Shown: piece after piece, positions 19,793 through 29,506 of the stretch
How positions within the stretch are numbered: the stretch's first letter is position 1
Layout of the letters: each line of letters begins with the position of its first letter
Assembly (NCBI RefSeq): GCF_000014265.1
Contig: NC_008312.1
Coordinates: 3,720,001-3,752,000 of the forward strand
Reading direction: 5' to 3'
DNA: 32,000 bases
Origin: Trichodesmium erythraeum IMS101
GTDB taxonomy: Bacteria; Cyanobacteriota; Cyanobacteriia; Cyanobacteriales; Microcoleaceae
The notes under the pieces: generated by a model
What the model was told of the DNA's origin: nothing
The model's input: the letters and a program-made list of their open reading frames with translations, nothing else
The model's database searches: none
Translations under genes and position numbers: made by a program

Positions 19793-20176
19793 CTAATCTT
19801 TTCTACTATTGAATAAGGCACAACCGCCTAAAAACAGAAAACCTCCGACAGTAATTAAATTATTTTTATGACTAATTAAGCCGATATTGTAATTACATTT
19901 TCTTGAGAAACGATAAGAACTTTGATACTCACAAATTGTAGTTTTGTAAAACCACAAAGTTCCTAGCATTGTAACTAAACCAATAGTAACGAGACCTTCT
20001 GGTATGTGAGTTACCTTAAGCCATTCTGGAATTTTGAATTTACTACTACTAGACTCAAGTTTCCTTATTGGTGTAAATTTTTTCTTACTGCCAGGTTTAG
20101 GGCCTGGGCTTTCTTCCAGTTCAGGTTTCAGTGGAGGCGGTGGTGGTGGTGGTGGTAGTGGTAGTTTTTTGCTCAT
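19793..20176 (-). CDS. Hypothetical membrane protein with N-terminal poly-proline tract
   Basis: 127 aa with ATG at 20176-20174. It starts MSKKLPLPPPPPPPPLKPE and has two hydrophobic segments (GLVTIGLVTMLGTLWF, TVGGFLFLGGCALF). No family recognised. Confidence 0.45.
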   Translation of the reverse strand: MSKKLPLPPPPPPPPLKPELEESPGPKPGSKKKFTPIRKLESSSSKFKIPEWLKVTHIPEGLVTIGLVTMLGTLWFYKTTICEYQSSYRFSRKCNYNIGLISHKNNLITVGGFLFLGGCALFNSRKD

Positions 20177-20325
20177 ACCTAAAATTCCTCTAACAACTCA
20201 GACATTTCAGACTGTGACTTATTTAAGTTATCATTATAAATAATTAGAGTATTGACATCACAATGTCTTGAAAAATCTCTAGCCCTTCTCAAGTTACCTC
20301 CATTCCTATCCAAAAGATTTGATTT

Positions 20326-20901
20326 CTATTGTAAAACCTTCAGAAACTCAGCTAACCATCTAGGAATAGCAGGCCAAGCAGGTCCAGTAACAAGAGAACC
20401 ATCCACGAACGCTTCATCAACTGAAACTTCAACGTATGTACCCCCTGCAAGAGTCACCTCAGGAGCACAAGCAGGATAGGCAGTGCAGCGCTTTCCTTTA
20501 AGTACATCCGCAGCAGCTAAAACCTGCAAACCATGACAGAGAGCAGCAATAGGCTTCTTCTTTGAATCAAAGTGGCGAACAATATCCAATACTTTTTCAT
20601 TCAAACGAATATATTCTGGCGCACGTCCCCCAGGAACCACCAAAGCATCATAAGCATCATAGCTTTCTGGATCAACATCATCAAAACTAGCATTCAGCGT
20701 AAAATTATGTCCCGGTTTCTCACTATAGGTTTGATCACCCTCAAAATCATGTACCGCTGTTCTGACTATATCTCCTTTCTTTTTATCAGGACAGATAGCA
20801 TCAACTTCATGCCCCACCATTTGCAATGCTTGAAAAGGTACCATCACCTCATAGTCTTCTACAAAGTCACCCACGATCATTAAAATCTTCTTTCCCGTCA
20901 T
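20326..20901 (-). CDS. DJ-1/PfpI family protein (type 1 glutamine amidotransferase-like)
   Basis: Motifs [13 protein letters not shown] and the nucleophile elbow [14 protein letters not shown] 20901-20899 has GAGG about 8 nt upstream; the track's TTG at 20907 is two codons further up. Confidence 0.9.
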   Translation of the reverse strand: MTGKKILMIVGDFVEDYEVMVPFQALQMVGHEVDAICPDKKKGDIVRTAVHDFEGDQTYSEKPGHNFTLNASFDDVDPESYDAYDALVVPGGRAPEYIRLNEKVLDIVRHFDSKKKPIAALCHGLQVLAAADVLKGKRCTAYPACAPEVTLAGGTYVEVSVDEAFVDGSLVTGPAWPAIPRWLAEFLKVLQ

Positions 20902-21261
20902 CTTCAACTACCTCATAAAAAAGTGAAAGTTTAAATTTTATTTATTCTACAACACCTATACAATTTTCGCGCTCACTAGGTAAAACCTAGTAATGCCTCC
21001 TCAAAGATATTTGCTTCTTGCTTCAACCGCAAGAGGCCAACCTCTTCCAATTTACAAGCATAAATTATGGTACAGCCTACCCTATTTCTTTGATTAACTT
21101 CCCCGTAGTGATATCAAACCAGCACTATATTTAAGTCCTGGTATATTCCAATTCCAGGGCAGTTAAAAGTAAAGCACTAATTCAGTTATTAGTTATCAGT
21201 AGTTTTCTTGCCTCAAAGTAGCGATCGCCAATTTCCGCCTCAAATTCAACCCTCAGAATTC

Positions 21262-21410
21262 TATCGACCTCCGTATTCGAGACCGATAAAATCCAACTTT
21301 TAACCCCTTACCTCTTAGTTCTTACATTTGACTTTTGACCTTTAACTTATCAACTTCCGTATTTGAAACCAATAAAATCTTACCTTTAACTTTTGACCTT
21401 TGACTTTTAA
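21262..21410 (-). repeat. Duplicated unit of a 10-bp-stem hairpin followed by a CYTTTRA heptamer tract
   Basis: Hairpin A1 is TATCGACCTC/cgtattc/GAGACCGATA at 21262-21288. Hairpin A2 is TATCAACTTC/cgtattt/GAAACCAATA at 21348-21374. Heptamer tracts lie at 21297-21352 and 21383-21410 (CCTTTAA CTTTTGA CCTTTGA CTTTTAA). Confidence 0.65.
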
Positions 21411-21510
21411 CACTCCGGTGATAGCTAGTCAGGCTAGATGTCAGAGAACAGTCAAAATAACCAACCACACTACCACCATTACATATTTTAAATCAAGTCT
21501 TCAAAAAAAA

Positions 21511-23316
21511 TCAATCTAATCGTAACACCGCCATAAAAGCTTCCTGTGGAACATCAACCGTACCCAAGGACTTCATCCGCTTCTTACCCTTAGCCTGTTT
21601 TTGTAATAACTTCTTCTTACGGCTAATATCCCCACCATAACACTTAGCCAAGACATCCTTCCGTAAAGCAGGAATATGCTCACTAGCAATAACCTTAGAA
21701 CCAATAGACGCTTGAATTGGTACCTTAAACTGATGACGGGGAATTAACTCCTTCAACTTTTCCGCCAAAGCCCGGCCTACCCCATAAGCCTTATCCCGAT
21801 GCACAATTATAGCCAAAGCATCCACTGGTTCAGCATTAATCATAATATCCAACTTAACCAAAGGATTCTCACGATAACCTATAAGATGATACTCCATACT
21901 AGCATAACCGCGAGACCGAGACTTCATTTGGTCGAAAAAATCCGTAACCACCTCTGCCAAAGGAATCTCATATACTAAAGTAGTTCTACCCTGAGCCAGA
22001 TACTTCATATCCTTAAATACCCCCCGTCGTGACTGACCCAGCTCCATTAACGTCCCTACATATTCCTCTGGAGTAATCATTTCCACCCGAACATAAGGCT
22101 CCTCAATTTTTTCTCGCAAATTAGGCTCCGGCAAGAAATTTGGGTTATCAACCAAAATCACCTCCTCCTTACTAGTAGTTACCTGGTAAACCACCGATGG
22201 AGAAGTAACAATCAAATCTAAACCATATTCTCGCTCCAACCTTTCCTGGACAATTTCCATGTGCAGCAGTCCTAAAAAGCCACATCGAAATCCAAAACCC
22301 ATAGCACTCGACGTTTCTGCCTCATAAGACAAAGCTGCATCATTAAGTTTAAGCTTATCCAATGCTTCTCGTAAATCTGGAAACTGGTCAGCATCAGTAG
22401 GAAATAATCCACAAAACACCATAGGGTTAGCTGACCTGTAACCTGGCAGAGGATCCTGAGCCTGTTTTTTGGCCAAAGTAATCGTATCTCCCACCCTTGC
22501 ATCTTCCACCGCCTTAATAGCCGCCGAGAAATAACCAACCTCTCCTGCATGAAGCTCCTGTACTGGTTGTTGAGTTGGAGACAAAACTCCTAGATCATCT
22601 ATCTCATATTCCTTTTTAGAAGCCATAAGTCGGACGCGATCGCCCTTAGCAATAGTCCCATCCATAACCCGGAAATATACAATTACCCCTCTATAGGAGT
22701 CATAATAACTATCAAATATCAGGGCCCGTAATTTTTCACCTATAGTATCTTGTGGTGGTGGTACTAACTGAACAATGGACTCTAAAATTTCCGGAATTCC
22801 TATTCCTTCTTTAGCAGAAGCTAAAATTGCACCCGAACAGTCTAAACCAATTATTTCCTCTATTTCCTCTTTTACCCGTTCTGGTTCTGCCCCTGGCAAA
22901 TCTATCTTATTTAAAACCGGGATAATTTCTAAATCATGCTCCAAAGCCAAATATACATTAGCTAAAGTCTGAGCCTCTACCCCTTGGGAAGCATCTACCA
23001 CCAACAAAGCACCTTCACAAGCCGCTAAAGAACGGGATACTTCATAAGAAAAATCTACATGACCAGGTGTATCAATAAGATTTAAAACATATTCTTCCCC
23101 ATCTTTAGCATGGTAATTCATTCGGGCAGCCTGGAGTTTAATTGTAATGCCACGCTCCCTTTCTAAATCCATCGTGTCTAAGAATTGCTCTTTCATTTCA
23201 CGGTCTGCCACCGTACCGGTTGCTTGTAGTAAGCGATCTGCTAAAGTTGATTTTCCGTGGTCTATATGAGCAATAATGGAAAAATTACGAATATGAGATA
23301 CAGGAACTTTTGTCAT
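21511..23316 (-). CDS. lepA: Translation elongation factor 4 (LepA/EF4)
   Basis: 601 aa with [32 protein letters not shown], and the LepA-specific C-terminus ...[28 protein letters not shown]. Confidence 0.98.
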   Translation of the reverse strand: MTKVPVSHIRNFSIIAHIDHGKSTLADRLLQATGTVADREMKEQFLDTMDLERERGITIKLQAARMNYHAKDGEEYVLNLIDTPGHVDFSYEVSRSLAACEGALLVVDASQGVEAQTLANVYLALEHDLEIIPVLNKIDLPGAEPERVKEEIEEIIGLDCSGAILASAKEGIGIPEILESIVQLVPPPQDTIGEKLRALIFDSYYDSYRGVIVYFRVMDGTIAKGDRVRLMASKKEYEIDDLGVLSPTQQPVQELHAGEVGYFSAAIKAVEDARVGDTITLAKKQAQDPLPGYRSANPMVFCGLFPTDADQFPDLREALDKLKLNDAALSYEAETSSAMGFGFRCGFLGLLHMEIVQERLEREYGLDLIVTSPSVVYQVTTSKEEVILVDNPNFLPEPNLREKIEEPYVRVEMITPEEYVGTLMELGQSRRGVFKDMKYLAQGRTTLVYEIPLAEVVTDFFDQMKSRSRGYASMEYHLIGYRENPLVKLDIMINAEPVDALAIIVHRDKAYGVGRALAEKLKELIPRHQFKVPIQASIGSKVIASEHIPALRKDVLAKCYGGDISRKKKLLQKQAKGKKRMKSLGTVDVPQEAFMAVLRLD

Positions 23317-23343
23317 ATTTTTTTTTTATAATGTGATACTTTC

Positions 23344-23470
23344 GTCGACATACCCCTCGCCCTAAGCCGTTGGGGATTCTCTCTTCACAGGGAGAGCCAA
23401 GCAGGAATATCAACCCCCACCCCGATCTCTTTACCTTCGGTGACCTTTTTTCCCGTCTGCCCGACGGTAC
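23344..23470 (-). mobile_element. Solo IS200/IS605-family right end: tnpB 3'-terminal remnant plus omega-RNA (reRNA) scaffold
   Basis: A GC-rich island in AT-rich spacer. The minus strand reads ...GGTAAAGAGATCGGGGTGGGGG...TGAAGAGAGAATCCCCAACGGCTTAGGGCGAGGGGTATGTCGAC. This parallels the right end of the tnpB element at 26925-27040 (GAGTAAATCTGGGAAGGCGGG...TGAAGTGAGAATCCCTCC...CAGGAGTATTTCAAG). One frame gives a TVGQTGKKVTEGKEIGVGVDIPAWLSL* tail, like a TnpB C-terminus. Confidence 0.55.
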
Positions 23471-24328
23471 TTTATACTCTTCACTTTAACGAAAAATTAG
23501 ATTTAAAGCCTTGCCCATCAGAAGCCGACTTTTTAATTGTTTTTTTTTAATACATATGCTATAATAACTTTTAAATAATTACTTGTAGGTTGACCATCCG
23601 AAAAAAAATGGACCTAGAAGCAAAGGTAAAACTAAAGTCAACTTTCCCCACTTGCCACATAAAAAGTAGTATAATTAGGAAAGTATGTTAAATGTAAAAT
23701 GTCAACCCACCAAAGAACCTCACCATTAATAGAATTGACATTGAATCAGATTAGCCTTGAAAAAGAGAAAAAGAAAATAACCCATCTCATCAGTTTCTTA
23801 AAATAAAATGACAAATATCTAGCCATGTATAATGGTAAATCCTTACTCAATAGACTTAAGATTTAGATATCAACTTGTACTGATTATTGAGAATTACCAC
23901 ATAAATTAAAACTAACTTAACTCTATTCTCACATTAGCATAGAAATATTAAGCTATCGCAAGAAATACCTTGTCCTCAAGCCAGACTTCGGTAAACATAA
24001 TTTACTGAGATTTTAATTATAGGCTTGACAAATAAGTAATAATGTAGTATGACTAAACATTGTTTATAAGATGCTATAATTTATAATAAAAAACTATAGT
24101 AATAGTAATTCTATATTGACATTGTCCAAAATATAGCCTTGCTACTTTTGGCAAAAAGAGAATAAGAATTAAGGTAATAGTGGGTAAGAAGTTCGGAGTT
24201 TATTTCTAGATTTTTGAATTTTCACAACCACTTGATTAGATTGTTATGTATACAGAATTATATTATTTCTGAGTAACATTGTTAAATTAGTTATTGTATA
24301 TTAATAAATCAATTTAGGATTATTTAAC

Positions 24329-24562
24329 ATGGGGATAAATGAGTCTAAAATTAATCAGCGAAAGTCAACTGAAAAAGTGGAATTATCTATACATATAGAT
24401 TCTAGGTTACTAGACCAAGTTCAGCATTTGACAAATGATCCCAGTAAAGTAATTGAAAGTGCTCTTCGTCAGTGGTTAAGAGGAGGTATTCCCGAAGATG
24501 AATTAGCTTTAACCCTTCAGAGAAACCCTCCTATCCCTCCAAGAGGTGAATGGAATGATTGA
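24329..24562 (+). CDS. Small hypothetical protein, ribbon-helix-helix-like
   Basis: 77 aa. The segment VELSIHIDSRLLDQVQHLTNDPSKVIESALRQWL has a beta-strand/helix/helix pattern reminiscent of CopG/RHH. No partner toxin ORF is nearby. Confidence 0.45.
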   Translation: MGINESKINQRKSTEKVELSIHIDSRLLDQVQHLTNDPSKVIESALRQWLRGGIPEDELALTLQRNPPIPPRGEWND

Positions 24563-24873
24563 AACTTAATTTTTTCTCAAGTTTTATATTCTCTAATTTA
24601 TAATTTAATAGTACAAATATTATTAGTATTTATTGATACTATTAGTATTTATTAATTAAACAAAAACTTGATTTTCATTATTTGAGAATAAAAATATAGT
24701 AAATTATCCAAACTTGTGAGAAATTAACCTAACTTCAAAGACAATCTTTGGATATTCTCAATATCAATAGTAAATAATTACAATTGGTGTAATCTTAAAA
24801 TAAACCAGTGAATAGCTAGATAGCTATTGGTAAAAATGAATTGAATAGGAAATAGATATCAAGAATTTGAAGA

Positions 24874-25344
24874 ATGTCAAAATACACTAATTTGGGTGTA
24901 AGTTATTATTCTTTACTTGGACTTCATCCCAAAGCATCTAATCAAGAAATTAGAAGGGCGTATCGGGAATTGAGTAAGCACTATCATCCAGATACTACAG
25001 ATATGCCACAATTACTCGCCACTGCTAAATTTCAGGAAATTAATGAAGCTTATGCTACTTTAGTAGACTCAAACAGAAGATTAGAATACGATAAAAAGAT
25101 TAAGCACTTATATATAAATGATTTTGAGCAAAAAATTAACTTCAATACTGACTTTGTATCTAATTCAAAATGGAAAAATTTATCTAGCTACATAGACAGT
25201 ACAGACAGACCATTATCTCCAGGTGAACTATTTGCCCTATTAATTATGGGAATAACTCTGTTTGGTTGTTTGATAATAGCTATTATTATTGGCCTCATGC
25301 GTCCTGAATTAACTATTCAATCCATTAATCTACCAGGAATTTAA
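24874..25344 (+). CDS. J-domain (DnaJ-like) membrane-anchored protein
   Basis: 156 aa with YYSLLGLHPKASNQEIRRAYRELSKHYHPDTT (HPD present), then INEAYATLVDSNRRLEYD, and a C-terminal TM helix LFALLIMGITLFGCLIIAIIIGL. Confidence 0.85.
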   Translation: MSKYTNLGVSYYSLLGLHPKASNQEIRRAYRELSKHYHPDTTDMPQLLATAKFQEINEAYATLVDSNRRLEYDKKIKHLYINDFEQKINFNTDFVSNSKWKNLSSYIDSTDRPLSPGELFALLIMGITLFGCLIIAIIIGLMRPELTIQSINLPGI

Positions 25345-25734
25345 TTGAGTTAACCAAAATTAATTGTATATTTAATAGTCATTTAAGTTAGAGCAGCAAA
25401 CCCAAAATTATATGTACAAAACTCTTATTAGTCAAACTTTTGTAGTTTAGGATATTGCCCGCTAGATCTTTAGCTTACCAATAGTTACAATTACTTTTTC
25501 AGTTACTTAATACCTCCAGATAAAACCAGAACTTGAAATACCGAAGTTTATTATTCCCACATTTTTGGTCAGAGAATATTTGTAGCCCAATACCATAATT
25601 TATCTAAATGTTGGCAGAAGACTCGTGCTCTCCCGTAGGGGAGTGTCCATGTCTGCCAATCATTCTTGTAGCTTGACCAATAATCTGTTCTAATATAGAA
25701 GTTAAAAAGTAGGTAGTAGACGCTTGAAAAAGCG

Positions 25735-26929
25735 TACACAAATTTAGATTTTATCCAACTCCTCAGCACTGTTAGTATGCTTTGTTACATCTACAACAAA
25801 GCCTTAGCTTCCAGGACTTAAATTTGGTATGAACACCAAGAAAAAAGTGGGCTACAAACAAAACTTATCTATGCTGAAGAACTGGAAAAAGCAGGAATAT
25901 TTAGATTTTTTGACTAAAGTAATTATTATACCACTCCAGCAAGGCTTAAGACATTTACAAGCTACTTTCACCAACTTTTTTTGGGGGACAGACTAAATAT
26001 CCTAATTTCAAGAAAAAGCCTAATGGTCGAAGTTCTGGTTTGCGAAGGCAGCATTCAAGTGTAAAGATACTCAAGTATATCTAGCTAAATGTGCAGAACT
26101 ATTACCTATTAGATCGAGTAGACAACTACCAGTAGGTTGTATGCCTAGTGCAATAACTGTAAAACTTGATTTTAGGGGTAGATAGTCTGTATCTTTAAGA
26201 AATTTTTAATACTATAAATTTGAGACTCAATCCGACTAAGAAACAAGTGGGCATTGACTTGGGTATTACTAGCTTACTAACTACCAGCGATGGAGAAAAA
26301 GTGGCCAACCCAAAGAATCTTCAGAAGTTACACAACAAACTGAGATTAACTCAGAAGTATCTGAGCAAAAAAACTAAAGGGTTTAATAATTATCATAAAA
26401 CTCGACTCAAAGTAGCTAGGATACACGCCTTAATTAAAGATTCCAGACTAGACTATACTCACAAGCTAACTACTCAATTAATAAGAGAAAACTAAGCTAT
26501 TGTAGCTGAGGATTTAGCAAATAAAAAACATGGTCAAGAATCACTTATTAGCAAGAGCTATAAGTAATGCTAACTGGGGATAAATAGCCAGGCAATTAAA
26601 GTACAAAGCTGAGTGGTATGGACGGGAATTATAGCAATTGAACAAAAGCTTAGGACGCTCTCTCTATTCCGGATTTGCGAATATAACCGAAATTAATGTC
26701 TTAACCTATACTTCGACTGCTATAATAAAAAATGATAGATATTTCCTCACTTCTAAAGAGTTGTTCTAGTTGTGGTTATGTAGTAGAAAAATTACCTCTA
26801 AATATTAGAGAGCAAGATTCTCCTAAATGTAGTAGTCACCATGACAGGGACATAAATGCGCATTTTAAACATTTTGGCTTTGGCTGCGGGACTCGCCGTA
26901 TCATTCTAGGCCACGGTCTTTATATCTGA
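25735..26929 (+). pseudogene. tnpB: tnpB (RNA-guided nuclease, OrfB_IS605) with multiple frameshifts and stops
   Basis: Fragments in different frames: KFRFYPTPQH (about 25741); YPNFKKKPNG; VGIDLGITSLLTTSDGEKVANPKNL...KVARIHALIKDSRLDYTHKLTTQLIREN (RuvC-I); AIVAEDL (RuvC-II); KAEWYGREL followed by about 90 nt of extra sequence; DRYF..SKSCSSCGYVVEKL..HHDRDINA (zinc finger and RuvC-III). Confidence 0.8.
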
Positions 26930-27040
26930 AGAGAGTAAATCTGGGAAGGCGGGTGCTATGAAACAGAAAGCCTCTAACAGCAATGAAGTGAGAATCCCTC
27001 CCTGTCTCCTAAGAGTAGCGTCAGGAGTATTTCAAGTGTA
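26930..27040 (+). ncRNA. omega-RNA/right-end scaffold of the decayed tnpB element
   Basis: It sits immediately 3' of, and overlapping, the tnpB end. It contains TGAAGTGAGAATCCCTCC...GGAGTATTTCAAG, the GAATCCC...hairpin...GGAGTAT(G/T)TC pattern I associate with cyanobacterial IS605 right ends. Confidence 0.4.
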
Positions 27041-27164
27041 ATAACTTTAGCAAGATCAAGAATTTTTATAGTATAAGATTTTGCTCTAGTGAAAATAAAT
27101 AAGTAGACCCTGCCTGAAAATGAGAGGCATTTAACCTAATTTTTCCTTGTAAGAACACAAATAA

Positions 27165-27437
27165 ATGAACTTACCCAGCCCAGATACTCCCTTATATAAC
27201 CATCCTCTACCAAAAATTGAGGAATGGCTTCAAGAAAATGGTTGTCAACAAAATCCTGAAAAACTTCACTGTTGGTGGGTTGAAAAACCTAACTGGCAAG
27301 CAGAATTATTACTTGATATCGATCAACTGACTATACGTTATGTAAATGCAGGTGTTGATGGTAGTGATATTCAACGCTCTTTTACATATTCCTTAAGTCG
27401 CCGGGATATTGAAGAAGCTATTTTTTCCGGCCCCTAG
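27165..27437 (+). CDS. DUF3143-like conserved cyanobacterial/plastid-lineage protein
   Basis: 90 aa with LYNHPLPKIEEWLQENGC, LHCWWVEKPNWQAELLLD and RSFTYSLSRRDIEEAIFSGP, matching my memory of DUF3143. Confidence 0.7.
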   Translation: MNLPSPDTPLYNHPLPKIEEWLQENGCQQNPEKLHCWWVEKPNWQAELLLDIDQLTIRYVNAGVDGSDIQRSFTYSLSRRDIEEAIFSGP

Positions 27438-27452
27438 TTGGACTAGAGTTAA

Positions 27453-28199
27453 TTAAATTTTACCAAATCTACGTTCACGCTTCTGATAAGCACACAAAGC
27501 CCGATGAAATTCATAACGATTAAAGTCAGGCCAAAGTGTCTGAGTGACATAAATTTCTGAATAAGCCATTTGCCATAGTAAAAAATTACTAATACGCATT
27601 TCCCCACTAGTACGAATTAATAAATCTGGGTGAGAAATACCAGCAGTATAAAGGTATTTTTCAAAAAGTCCTTCATTAATTTCTTCTGGCTTAAGCAAAC
27701 CTTTTTGTATTTGGGTGCCGATCGCCTTACAAGCGTGTACAATTTCCTGGCGTCCTCCATAATTAGTAGCGACAGTAAATTTAATTCCCTGATTTGGCCG
27801 AGTCATCTCCATTGAGTGTTTAATCTCAGCTTGTAAAGATACAGGCAAAGAACTTAAATTACCCACAAATCTAATTTGAACATCTTCTGCGACTATCTCT
27901 TGCAGTTCTTGGCGCAAAACTTTTTCAAACAAAGTCATCAGAAAATTCACTTCTTCTAGTGGTCTTCCCCAATTTTCACTAGAAAAAGCGTAAGCTGTTA
28001 AAGCTTCTAGACCCCAATCTCTACAACATCGCAGTAAGTCCTTAAGTGTTTCCACTCCCTTTCTATGGCCCATAATTCGAGGTAAACCACGACTTTGAGC
28101 CCAACGACCATTACCATCCATAATCACAGCCACATGATGAGGTAACCTTTCTGGTTCCAGATCGACAGGTAAATCTTGTAAGCAAGTTCCTTGATTCAT
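27453..28199 (-). CDS. uppS: Isoprenyl transferase (undecaprenyl-diphosphate synthase family)
   Basis: Motifs [24 protein letters not shown] and [19 protein letters not shown] 28199-28197 overlaps the cdaA stop 28198-28196 (ATGA), so I prefer it to the upstream in-frame ATG at 28241. Confidence 0.93.
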   Translation of the reverse strand: MNQGTCLQDLPVDLEPERLPHHVAVIMDGNGRWAQSRGLPRIMGHRKGVETLKDLLRCCRDWGLEALTAYAFSSENWGRPLEEVNFLMTLFEKVLRQELQEIVAEDVQIRFVGNLSSLPVSLQAEIKHSMEMTRPNQGIKFTVATNYGGRQEIVHACKAIGTQIQKGLLKPEEINEGLFEKYLYTAGISHPDLLIRTSGEMRISNFLLWQMAYSEIYVTQTLWPDFNRYEFHRALCAYQKRERRFGKI

Positions 28200-29110
28200 C
28201 TTTTCTTTCGAGGACCTGATGGACTTTGATGAAGTACCCATGAAATTAATTGTGATCCTTTTGATCCTATTTGACGTCCAATATTAACTAAAGGAAGTGA
28301 TTTTGTACTTTTTTCACTACCTGATAGAAATAGACGTTCCTCTAATAACTCTTTTAGTCTATTACTTGTTAAGGGTCGATTCAAAATTCCTTTTTCAGCT
28401 AGAGAGATAGAACCGGTTTCTTCAGAGACAACTATACAGAGACATTTTTCCACTTGTTCAGTAATTCCCATAGCTGCTCTATGACGAGTCCCTAATTGCC
28501 TTGAGGCTATTTTCTCAGACAAAGGTAGAATTACACCTGCTGATATAATTTTGTGTTCTCTAATTAAGACGGCCCCATCGTGTAATAAAGTTTTTGGCTG
28601 AAATATAGTTTGTAATAGCTCCTTAGAAAGTTCAGCATTTAATTTTACACCAGGTACAGAAAAATCTCTTTCATCTATCAGTCCATTTGTTTCTATAATT
28701 AACAATGCACCTATCCGGTTTTGGGACAGTTGTTTGATAGATTCTACTATCTCATCAATAATATTATTTGATTCAGGGAGAACTCGGCGATTATGTCCAA
28801 ACATTTGGATAATTTCTCCCTGTCCCAACTGTTCGAGAAACCTACGAAATTCTGATTGTAATATGACTGCCATTGACACAGCAGAGCCAATAACTAAATT
28901 TTGAAGAGCAAAACTTAATAGTTTTAGATCAGCCAAATGACTTAGAGCCGAAGCTAACATTAAGACAATAAAACCTCTTACCATCCATAATGCACGACGT
29001 TCCCCTATGATGACCAACACCATATATATCAGAGCGAGAACCAGTCCAATATCGATACTATGTAGCAATAAGGACTTCATATCGATACTATTTCGGAATA
29101 AGGACTTCAT
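28196..29110 (-). CDS. cdaA: Diadenylate cyclase CdaA (membrane-anchored DisA_N domain)
   Basis: Three N-terminal TM helices, then [18 protein letters not shown] and [12 protein letters not shown]. Two in-frame ATGs (29110 and 29080) arise from a 30-bp tandem duplication. Confidence 0.92.
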   Translation of the reverse strand: MKSLFRNSIDMKSLLLHSIDIGLVLALIYMVLVIIGERRALWMVRGFIVLMLASALSHLADLKLLSFALQNLVIGSAVSMAVILQSEFRRFLEQLGQGEIIQMFGHNRRVLPESNNIIDEIVESIKQLSQNRIGALLIIETNGLIDERDFSVPGVKLNAELSKELLQTIFQPKTLLHDGAVLIREHKIISAGVILPLSEKIASRQLGTRHRAAMGITEQVEKCLCIVVSEETGSISLAEKGILNRPLTSNRLKELLEERLFLSGSEKSTKSLPLVNIGRQIGSKGSQLISWVLHQSPSGPRKKR

Positions 29111-29467
29111 CAAGCCTAGGTCATTACCGTTTAATTTATTTTTTTTTACATTGGTAGGATACTAGCAAAAAGGAAGATATTTCAACCGAACATTTTGCGT
29201 AAGCATGAAATGTTCTAATGGTATGATATCCTTTCTAATAAACTAATTCCTAATTAACGATCATTGATTAAGAATAATTAGCAGACTTATGGGTCAATAA
29301 ATAGAACTGTTTATATTGGTTATATATACCTTAATAGGAAGGTAGATGGTTGCCCACCACAGACATCAGAAATTTATTTACCTTTGCTTTATTAGTGCAA
29401 TTATATCATTTTTGTGGGAATACGATTAATTCCAAAGCTATAGAAAGCATCACAGGGTTTGATTAGT

Positions 29468-29506
29468 AAAAAAAAAATAACATCCTCATGCCTATTAGGC
29501 ACGGGG
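29468..29506 (-). terminator. Candidate intrinsic terminator between lysA and cdaA
   Basis: The minus-strand RNA is CCCCGUGCC-UAAUA-GGCAUGAGG (9-bp stem with one C.A mismatch and one G.U), followed by AUGUUA and U10 (A10 on + at 29468-29477). Confidence 0.4.

Larger units (their letters stand above)
25612..27040 (+). mobile_element. Decayed tnpB-only IS200/IS605-family (IS1341-like) element
   Basis: A left-end imperfect hairpin has outer arms TGGCAGA 25612-25618 / TCTGCCA 25652-25658 and an inner CTCCC-gtag-GGGAG at 25630-25643. It is followed by the tnpB pseudogene and a right-end scaffold. No Y1 tnpA is present. Confidence 0.75.

Noticed and set aside
20034-20243. ORF with a poly-glycine run (SGGGGGGGGSGS)
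   Set aside because: It is the antisense of the poly-proline tract in 19793-20176, and the remainder has no coding character.
23344-23470. GC-rich structured island upstream of lepA as a riboswitch
   Set aside because: I compared it from memory with the ydaO (c-di-AMP), glnA, ZTP, fluoride, TPP and cobalamin cores and found no match. The block-wise similarity to the tnpB right end at 26925-27040 explains it better.
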